Assembly: GCA_030747475.1 (NCBI GenBank) | Contig: JASLKO010000180.1 | Location: 31,631-95,630, forward strand | Origin: Candidatus Thalassarchaeaceae archaeon | Lineage (GTDB): Archaea > Thermoplasmatota > Poseidoniia > Poseidoniales > Thalassarchaeaceae | DNA length: 64,000 bases | Direction: 5' to 3' | Shown here: one piece after another, positions 50,355 through 58,600 of the stretch | How the letters are laid out: each line of letters starts with the position of its first letter | Position numbering within the stretch: position 1 is the stretch's first letter | Notes under the pieces: model-generated | The model's database searches: none | Told to the model about the DNA's origin: nothing | Seen by the model: the letters and a program-made list of their open reading frames with translations, nothing else | Translations under genes and position numbers: made by a program

Positions 50355-52034
50355 ATGAATAATCGAAAGAACCTGAGCATGATAGTTGCATTGTTCCTCG
50401 TCCTGATGACGGCATCGACCGTTGTCAGTGGTGACGGTACTGACCCTCTCGACCCGTCTGACGGCGGCGCCGATTGGGATGGTGACGGATTAACCAACGC
50501 CGAAGAACAATCGCACGGAACGGATATGACAAAAGCAGACTCTGATGGAGATGGCTTACCCGATGGATGGGAAGTGGCCCACGGCCTCAACCCAAACAAC
50601 GGTGGCGATGCCAACAGCGACGCTGACAACGATGGCCTAACAGCCGCCCAAGAGTACGCACAAGGGACCAACCCTAACAGTGCGGACACTGATGGCGACG
50701 GTCGTCCAGACAGTTCTGATCCTTTCCCTAATGACCCAAATGATGGTGAATACTCGGATTCGGACGGCGACGGCATCCCCGACGCCTATGATCCAGATTA
50801 CCAAGACGCTGAGACTGGCAGCGGAGACGGCGGCACCCAAGGTGGCGGCGAATCCAACGACCAAGGACAGGGTCAAGGTCAAGACCAAGGCCAAGGCCAA
50901 GGTCAGGGACAAGGACAAGGACAAGGCCAAGGTCAAGGCCAAGGTCAGGGCCAAGGTCAAGGCCAAGGTCAGGGCCAAGGTCAAGGCCAAGGTCAAGGCC
51001 AAGGTCAGGGCCAAGGTCAAGGCCAAGGTCAGCAGGGCCAGCAAGGTCAGCAAGGCCAGCAAGGTCAGCAGGGCCAGCAAGGTCAGCAAGGACAGCAAGG
51101 ACAGCAGGGACAAGGCTCCCAGCAAGGTCAGCAGTCCGGCCAAGAAGGTCAGCAAGGCCAGCAAGGTCAGCAAGGCCAGCAAGGTCAGCAAGGCCAGCAA
51201 GGTCAGCAAGGCCAGCAAGGTCAACAGCAGGACAATGGTCAAGGTCAACAACAGCAGGGTGGCGAACAAGGTGCCCAGCAAGGTGGACAAGATCAGCAGA
51301 ACCAGAATGGTGACAACCAGAATGGTCAGGACCAGCAAGACACCGGCCAGACCCAAAACGGTCAGCAAGGCCAGCAAGGCCAGCAATCGGACCAGCAACA
51401 AGGTCAGCAGCTCGATAACCAGGAGCAAAACGGCGACAACGACAACGACGGAGATGGTATCCCAGACGACGTGGATAACGACGACGACAATGATGGCATC
51501 CCAGACAACGTTGATAGCATGCCTGAGGACCACGATAACGACGGCTTAGACGACGCTGAAGATAGCGACGACGATGGCGACGGAATCGATGACCGCGAAG
51601 AAGTGAACGACGGTGACCCTAATACGGACATCTACGATCACGACAACGACGGTGTATCGGATAACGTGGACCTAGACATCGATAACGACGGTATCGACAA
51701 CCTCAATGACAAGGGCCCTAACGGAGAAGATTACTCCAGGGACCACGACAATGATGGTATGGATGATGCTGTAGATCCGGACGACGACAACGACGAGATT
51801 CTCGACGTTGACGAGTTCGACGGTGTTACAGGAAGCTGGCGCTATGACCACGACAACGATGGTCTCGAAGACAAGACGGACACGGACGACGATAACGACG
51901 GACTATCCGACTGGTTTGAGAACAACGATGGAAATGATGCAACCGGACAATACGACCACGACAACGACGGCGTCGATGATCATCTCGACGACGACGATGA
52001 CGGGGACGGTATCCTCGATGATCTCGAGGTTTGA
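50355..52034 (+). CDS. Secreted protein: bacterial TSP3-type Ca-binding repeats, (GQ)n/(GQQ)n tract, five DHDNDG repeats
   Basis: Signal peptide MNNRKNLSMIVALFLVLMTASTVVS; DSDGDGLPDGWE-type repeats; no C-terminal TM; strongly C-ending codons. Confidence 0.85.
   Translation: MNNRKNLSMIVALFLVLMTASTVVSGDGTDPLDPSDGGADWDGDGLTNAEEQSHGTDMTKADSDGDGLPDGWEVAHGLNPNNGGDANSDADNDGLTAAQEYAQGTNPNSADTDGDGRPDSSDPFPNDPNDGEYSDSDGDGIPDAYDPDYQDAETGSGDGGTQGGGESNDQGQGQGQDQGQGQGQGQGQGQGQGQGQGQGQGQGQGQGQGQGQGQGQGQGQGQGQGQQGQQGQQGQQGQQGQQGQQGQQGQQGQGSQQGQQSGQEGQQGQQGQQGQQGQQGQQGQQGQQGQQQDNGQGQQQQGGEQGAQQGGQDQQNQNGDNQNGQDQQDTGQTQNGQQGQQGQQSDQQQGQQLDNQEQNGDNDNDGDGIPDDVDNDDDNDGIPDNVDSMPEDHDNDGLDDAEDSDDDGDGIDDREEVNDGDPNTDIYDHDNDGVSDNVDLDIDNDGIDNLNDKGPNGEDYSRDHDNDGMDDAVDPDDDNDEILDVDEFDGVTGSWRYDHDNDGLEDKTDTDDDNDGLSDWFENNDGNDATGQYDHDNDGVDDHLDDDDDGDGILDDLEV
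50859..51410 (+). repeat. 6-nt (CAAGGY/CAGGGC) then 9-nt (GGYCAGCAA) tandem repeats encoding GQ and GQQ
   Basis: Read directly from the sequence. Confidence 0.95.
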
Positions 52035-52045
52035 TTGCCCAAGCA

Positions 52046-52152
52046 TCTGACATAAGTGGACAAACCACTCCTTCAGAGACTGTCTAGAGCAGTCGTCCTG
52101 GCCCACCCGGTCGTTCTTCGGAATCTCAGGGTGTGGCCGAAACCCCCTTTTT
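52046..52152 (+). terminator. Structured 3' trailer (three hairpins) ending in a T-run
   Basis: TCTGA..AGTGG/CCACT..TCAGA; GACTG/CAGTC; GGCC.CACCC..C(TTCG)G..GGGTG.GGCC; TTTTT at 52148-52152. Confidence 0.55.
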
Positions 52153-52207
52153 AACAGCAACCTTTGATGAATGGCCTATGGGTCAGAGACATGAGGGATG
52201 AATCGCC

Positions 52208-53200
52208 ATGACCATTGACCCGACAACAATCGGCCTCGGTTTGGGCGGAGTAATCATTGCATTACTCCTCCTTCGTTTCATCTTCGGAAAGAAGAAATTG
52301 AATGCCATGGCAACAGAAGTAACCAAGATTCGAGATAGCGACCATATTCCCGAACCGGTCGAAGTTCCTTCTTCGGATCCATCTGCTACTGCACCTGAAG
52401 GGGTTGGTGTTACCAGGACTCTTTCAATGAGAGAACGAATACTGTTGCACCTTCGTTATGTGGCAACTGTAGAAGATCCGTCTTCTCCCCCAGTAGTTCA
52501 AGCCGTTGCATCGGTTGTTGACGGTGAAGTAAAAACACTATGCGATGCGTTACAATTGCTTCAAACATCTGGTGAAATTAGAAATGAAGGAGTTCCCGGG
52601 TCCTCTTTTTCATTGACCTCTTCTGGAAGAGAAAGGGCCAATGTTGTCCACGGAGATTACATGGCATCTACAGTTACTATTGATGAAGAAGAAGTCGTTG
52701 TGGGGAATGCTGTTGGATTTGATGGATTTCCATTGATTGGCCCCCATATTCATGACCAATTTGGTCAAGCAACAGGCGGCCCATTATCCATTTTAGTTCG
52801 TTCTTTATCGATTAGTTTCGAGGACGGTGAAATGTCTTTAGATGAACGAAGGATGATTGAAAATTTAGCCGAAGAACTTTCCATATCAAATGACGAAGCG
52901 AAAGACATTGAATCGTATGTTAAGGCTGCAATGGGAGGCAAGACAGTTTCAGAACCAATTGAAGAGTTGGATGTTGAAATCCCTGAAGCTCCCGAACTCC
53001 CTGAAATCATGACAGAACCTGAGCCTGAGCCTGAACCTGAGCCTGAACCTGAGCCTGAGCCTGAACCTGAGCCTGAACCTGAGCCTGAACCAAGTCCACC
53101 CGCCCCCCCTCCAGAACCGGTAATGAGTATGCAAGATCGATATGGTCAGATTGCTGATGAAGACGACTCCCGCCCCGATAAGATGCATCGTAAGTTTTGA
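52208..53200 (+). CDS. N-terminally membrane-anchored protein with winged-helix-like domain, TerB-like hairpin and (EP)n linker
   Basis: TM IGLGLGGVIIALLLL; LSMRERILLHL...L..L...G.I....FSLTSSGRERA; FEDGEMSLDERRMIENLAEELSIS; EP repeat. Confidence 0.7.
   Translation: MTIDPTTIGLGLGGVIIALLLLRFIFGKKKLNAMATEVTKIRDSDHIPEPVEVPSSDPSATAPEGVGVTRTLSMRERILLHLRYVATVEDPSSPPVVQAVASVVDGEVKTLCDALQLLQTSGEIRNEGVPGSSFSLTSSGRERANVVHGDYMASTVTIDEEEVVVGNAVGFDGFPLIGPHIHDQFGQATGGPLSILVRSLSISFEDGEMSLDERRMIENLAEELSISNDEAKDIESYVKAAMGGKTVSEPIEELDVEIPEAPELPEIMTEPEPEPEPEPEPEPEPEPEPEPEPEPSPPAPPPEPVMSMQDRYGQIADEDDSRPDKMHRKF
53015..53092 (+). repeat. (GARCCT)n repeat encoding about 13 EP dipeptides
   Basis: Read directly from the sequence. 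Confidence 0.9.
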
Positions 53201-53306
53201 GGCCATTAGAAGCACATTACCTCGATTTCATCGACATCGATATTAAAGCGTGAACGTCTACGGAGGTTTGACGATATCCCAGCGGATGCCTCGAGAGATG
53301 ATTAGA

Positions 53307-53516
53307 ATGAAGGCTACACCATATGTGATGGCCTTTTTTGGTCTCGTGCTAATTGTGTTGGGAATACGTGAAGAATCGATGGACGTCGGGCAAATTTTAC
53401 TCGGTCTCCTTCAGATGGTTGTTGGGATTTTGATGACTGGATTAATCCCATTGCCGTTTCTGAACAAGTTGGTCGTCCAAGAAGAGGAACATGAGGATCC
53501 TCACAAAAAGTTTTGA
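53307..53516 (+). CDS. Small two-TM protein
   Basis: Two hydrophobic helices and tail EEEHEDPHKKF; start uncertain (53286, 53298 or 53307). Confidence 0.65.
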   Translation: MKATPYVMAFFGLVLIVLGIREESMDVGQILLGLLQMVVGILMTGLIPLPFLNKLVVQEEEHEDPHKKF

Positions 53517-53530
53517 GAGAGTGATAGAAA

Positions 53531-55591
53531 ATGTGGGAACACCGTTCGATTTCAGATGAATACCTTCGCCAACATAGGCGAATTCAGGCGACAGAAACAT
53601 ATGTTGAGCTTATGGGGCAAGTTGAACGCGCCGTTGCATCACCACAATCCTATGCCTTTGATGACGAAGATTTCTTGCAATATATTCCTCGTTCTGGTCC
53701 TTGGGCCCCTCAGATGGATTCTGATATGACGGTCGAAGACCCTCGACGCCGATACATCGGAAAGGGAAGTCCGAAGTTTCTGAACACCAACATCATTCTT
53801 GGTTCCAGTTGGATTGAATCTGAAAGATTCCGATTTGAGCGTGATTTGGATACCATGGCTGACTGGATTAAGCAGAAGACAATTTTGCAGGCCAACATGT
53901 GGACACCATCTTCAGTAGTTACAACTCAAACCCTTGTGTTCTGTTCTACTGGCGATGAGGAGAGAATGGGTAGTGCACTTCAGGTACGAAACGATCCAAC
54001 AGATTTCGATATTCCATCTGACAGCCACATGTTCCTTGGGGTTACAGATGATGGTTTCCCAGAATGGGAACCACTTGTATGGGGGCTAGGCCATCGTGGC
54101 GTAGTTCCTGGTTCAGATCCCCAAGAACGCGTTTACTACCCCTCTCTAATGCATAGGAACGTGACATACAACAACAGGTTGGGATGGATTCGTTACTCTC
54201 CAGCTGGATTTGGAAAGGATGCCAATGGTTACCTAATGACTCGTCCATTCGATTGGATTTGGAATGCAGTCAATGGGAATCGTGAAACGCCCTCTGCATT
54301 CAATTTGCTAGTCAACATGCCTGACAGAAGAGATTCCTTTGGTGAAGAGGGAATTACAGATATTTTCCTTACATCAGGAAAGACCTCGTTGTATACCATG
54401 ATGGGCATGATGAATTCAGCAACAGTTCGACAGATGTTTGGCGCAGGCTCAGACTTGGTGCCATTAGAAATGCACATTGTAGAACCTGGTTTGGACGAGT
54501 GGATACAGAAGGCAAGTGACGAAGACCGTTACGGCAGAATCTTCGAGTATACTGCGACTCTTGGTTACCTCATCACGGATCCAAATATCGGGACATTGGG
54601 AGAAGGCGCTGGCCGTCGCCGTCTACTTGTTTACCCACAGGATCAGGCAAACCTCCTCACCAATGTGAGTGCAAGTCAAGTTGCCGATCACGCTCTCAAG
54701 GGCAATTATCAAGCAACCGTGTACACGAAACTGGACCAGGCAGATTTCCAAAACCGAGTCACACGTAGAATGAGTCAATACGCTGACCTAATCACTCCTA
54801 GTTCCAAGGCACGAGGACAAAGATGGATTTCTCAAGCAAACTGGGGAGGAGAAGATGGAGTTCAACAGGGCCCAACAGTTCACTCTCTATTGGCAGTGCG
54901 TGGATACGAAGTCCTTCAGATGGAAGAATATCAAGCAACCTTCAACGAAGTTAGTGCGGCCCCTCAGCGCTTGATGAACAGACTGATTCAGTCTGTTGCA
55001 ACAAATGCCCTCAAGACAGTCTATCCATTGGATTTAATCACGGACCAATCAGGAGATGGAGCCCCATACCAGAAGTTATTCTCTCCACTAAATTCGGATG
55101 AACCATTGGTTTACTACACCGATATTCGTTTCCTTGTCCCAACATCAATCGATAAGCTAAGGATGCTGACTGGGCAACGTGGGGCAGATCGTGGAAAACT
55201 ACGAGATGCATTCACAGAGTTGACCGGAGCAGATCCAGTAACTGGACTCTCAGTTCTAGACCTATGCATGCCATTCCTAGCTGATATGGGTGCAGGATCG
55301 TGGCAACAAGGTACAGGAGTCAAAGAAAATGAAGTGGTTGTAGAAGTCACTTGTGCAGTAAATCCGAATGCAGTTTGGAAGAACCTTCTAGCACCGACCT
55401 TCAACGATGTTTTCCAACTACCTAAGGGCAAGAATGGTACTGCAGCAAATATCTGGGGAGATGTTTTGATGGAAAATTCACAACTTCAAGAGAAAATGGA
55501 GAAGGACGGAATCGGACATTACTTGCGTCTGTTGAAAATGGTCTATCATTACAGCAACAGAATGTCTAGAAAAAAGAATGATATGAGATAA
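53531..55591 (+). CDS. 686-aa soluble hypothetical protein, no family recognised
   Basis: Long intact ORF with GAGAGTGA RBS; no signal peptide or TM seen. Confidence 0.8.
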   Translation: MWEHRSISDEYLRQHRRIQATETYVELMGQVERAVASPQSYAFDDEDFLQYIPRSGPWAPQMDSDMTVEDPRRRYIGKGSPKFLNTNIILGSSWIESERFRFERDLDTMADWIKQKTILQANMWTPSSVVTTQTLVFCSTGDEERMGSALQVRNDPTDFDIPSDSHMFLGVTDDGFPEWEPLVWGLGHRGVVPGSDPQERVYYPSLMHRNVTYNNRLGWIRYSPAGFGKDANGYLMTRPFDWIWNAVNGNRETPSAFNLLVNMPDRRDSFGEEGITDIFLTSGKTSLYTMMGMMNSATVRQMFGAGSDLVPLEMHIVEPGLDEWIQKASDEDRYGRIFEYTATLGYLITDPNIGTLGEGAGRRRLLVYPQDQANLLTNVSASQVADHALKGNYQATVYTKLDQADFQNRVTRRMSQYADLITPSSKARGQRWISQANWGGEDGVQQGPTVHSLLAVRGYEVLQMEEYQATFNEVSAAPQRLMNRLIQSVATNALKTVYPLDLITDQSGDGAPYQKLFSPLNSDEPLVYYTDIRFLVPTSIDKLRMLTGQRGADRGKLRDAFTELTGADPVTGLSVLDLCMPFLADMGAGSWQQGTGVKENEVVVEVTCAVNPNAVWKNLLAPTFNDVFQLPKGKNGTAANIWGDVLMENSQLQEKMEKDGIGHYLRLLKMVYHYSNRMSRKKNDMR

Positions 55592-55635
55592 TTGTATCCA
55601 AGTGTTTTTTCTATAATAAGCAAGACGCTCAATTC

Positions 55636-58600
55636 ATGAGCGTACGCCTTGCACGTAGTCGTAGTATTTTTCTTGCGATTTTGATGGTCACAATGGCCCA
55701 AGTTGGCTATACAATGAATGGCTTCGAAAGTCCAAAAGATTCGACATTGGATTCAATGAATGAATCTGCAGAAGTACCGACAAATAACAACATTCAAAAT
55801 TTGTATGTTGGCGGTGCTCATTCTTGTGTGATCACTGAAGGTGAACTCATGAAGTGTTGGGGAAACAATTCTGCAGGGCAGTTGGGAATTGGTAATTCTG
55901 AAAGTATGGGTGATGAACCGAACGAAATGGGCGCAGACCTCCCATATCTTGACTTAGGAACTGGATTGGTTCCAGAGAGCGCAGCTTTAGGAATGAGCCA
56001 CACATGTATTTTGTTCACAAATAATTCCCTCAAGTGTTTTGGAGACATCGAAGCACTTGGGCTTGGATACACTGACGCCAACGGTGCAGGAGATGGGTAC
56101 CTTGAGACAGGGGATTACTTGCCGTTTTGGCCAGCACCAACTGGGCGAAACGTTTCACTAATTGCAGCAGGTTGGTACCATACTTGCGCAGTTCTTGATG
56201 ATGGTAGCATGACTTGTTGGGGAGAGAACAACCATGGGCAACTCGGCATGGGCAATACAACTGATTTAGGTTTACAATCAGATCAAACAGGTGACTCAAT
56301 TTCTTACGTATCTCTTCCCACAGGCGTCACAATTTCGAATATGGCATTGGGGGCAGATCATACATGTGTGCTTTACGATACTGGAGATGTTGCTTGTTGG
56401 GGTGGCAATGATTTCGGTCAACTTGGAATCGGGAGTACAGAAGATATCCGAGATGAAGCAGCAGAGAGTCTAACCAACATTTCTTTCCCTTCGGGCCGTT
56501 ATGCAATTGATATCACAGCAGGCGAAGGCTTCACTTGTGCATTACTAGACAACAACGAGGCAATTTGTTGGGGGTTGAATGATGTTGGTCAATTGGGCCA
56601 AGGAAATAGCAACAATTACGGTGATTCAGGATCAGAACCAGTGAGTGGACTTTCCACAATCGATCTCCATAGTTCTGCAACAATACGAACAATCGATGCA
56701 GGATATGACCATGTTTGTGTTTCCTTGAACAACAATGCGGTGAAATGTTGGGGTGGAAACCTATTCGGTCATTTGGGAATTGGTATTAGTGGACCCACTG
56801 CTCATCGAGGAGACGATGTAGCAGAGATGGGTTCGAATCTTCCAAGTATAAGCCTTGGTTCAAGCATGAATCCACGGGCAGTTGAGGTCGGAGAAAATTT
56901 CGCTTGCATGTTGAAACAATCTGGAACCATGCCGGTCAAATGTTGGGGCTCATCAGTAAATGGTCGTCTTGGTTATGAGAACACAGAGACACTTGGAGAC
57001 AGTTCGACAGATAACTTAGCGAATATAGTGAATTTTGCATTGGATTCAGAATACGAATCAGTTGATTGTGGCGCTTCACCATTTAATTCTGAAATGCACA
57101 TACTTCCAGCATTCGAACTCGACTCCAACCAGAAGGGAAGAACGTTGGATATTGCCTTCCGTTCAGATGGATGTCCTGGAATTGTATATTCTGATGATAA
57201 TACCGACAATCTTCGATTTGCGATGTACGACAATGGAATTTGGGTCTTTGAATATCCATATTCATCCAATATTGGTAATTCTTCAGCACTTGATGTAAGC
57301 CTTGTTTTTGATGAAAACGATGTCCCTCATATTGCTTGGTCTGACTTTGGTTACGATACTAGTACCGACGACACACATTATGCAACCAAGGCCAATGGTA
57401 AATGGAATCATGTACAACTTGAAAATGGATATCCAGTTACTTATGATACTGAAATAATCCATTTTGGTGATGGTGATTTAGAAATCATTGCATCTCCATT
57501 TACTATGGGATATTTACTTTCTGAATTGTGTTCTGCATCGACTGATTGTTTAGAGTCATCAGATTGGAATTCTCAAACCGTTATAGCTAGTTATGCTTAC
57601 ATGCAAGGACTTGATTCAGACATTGGTCTTAATGGAGATGCTTGGGTCTCTCAAAGTCAATCTAATTACGCTGGTTCTACCAATTCTTTCAATATTGTAT
57701 CAAAGCCAACTGGAGGAAGTTGGAACGGAATATACCCGTCGCTCACCGCCCCCAATTCTACTGGTTCAACAAGTGCTATTTCAGACATTGAAGTCGCCCC
57801 CGATGGAACCGTTCATGCAGTCTATCTTCACGAAGATTATGCCACGGATGGAATCATGTACGTCTCTTGTTCTGGCGGCAGGTCCACTTGTAGTTCCTCA
57901 TCAAATTGGTCATTTATTCATGTTCCATATGTAACCAACAAAACCTTCTCACTAGCTGTCGATTATGACCTTGTTCCACATGTTTTCTTCAACAGTTCAT
58001 CTTCTCTGCAATACACCAAACTTGTTGATGGCTCATGGACAACTCCAGTCGAGATTCTCAATCTAGCAGTCAATGAGGTTCGCGCAGATTTCCACCCCAA
58101 CGGAAAACTTTGGTTGGGCGCTCAACTCACAGCCAATGACAATATTTGGATGATTGAAGGAGCATCATTTGGTGGAAATGGTATGTCAATTGATATCGAT
58201 GGTGATGGTTGGTCTGGAATTGAAGAATACAGATGTGGTTCAGATATGATCAATTCTTCATCTACACCAGCAGATGCAGATTTTGATGGTATTTGCGATG
58301 CTGAGGATGAGATACATGACTTATTCACATACGGAGAATCACGAACCACCAGCGTAGGAGAAGATTTTTCCTGTGGATTAACTGCGCAACCAGACGATGG
58401 GTCAAACAGCAATACTCTGTATTGTTGGGGTAGCAATAGTCATCAACAGTTGGGTAATTATGTTGTTTCGAACAATCCAGTCCTGCAAAGCACCGCATGG
58501 GCAGTACCAGTTCTTGATCTACCTTCATCATGGCATGCAGTAGATGTTGACGTAGGTGCTCGACATGCTTGTGCTATTGGGGTTGATGGCGATGTGTACT

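Noticed and set aside
50125-50358. 77-aa ORF overlapping the GQ gene start
   Set aside because: TTG start, unremarkable sequence and complete overlap with the stem-rich region; cannot be excluded as a leader peptide but unsupported.
50637-51549. Long alternative-frame (KVSKAS) and antisense (LALT) ORFs over the GQ gene
   Set aside because: Expected by-products of stop-free 6- and 9-nt repeats; no independent start signals.
50318-52079. Long-range pairing of leader and trailer (TCTCTGAA/TTCAGAGA; CTTGGG/CCCAAG)
   Set aside because: Matches of 6-8 bp are expected by chance between regions of this size.
48221-55635. Provirus or transposon call for the accessory locus
   Set aside because: No integrase, transposase, capsid or terminase motif, no tRNA target and no flanking direct repeats seen.
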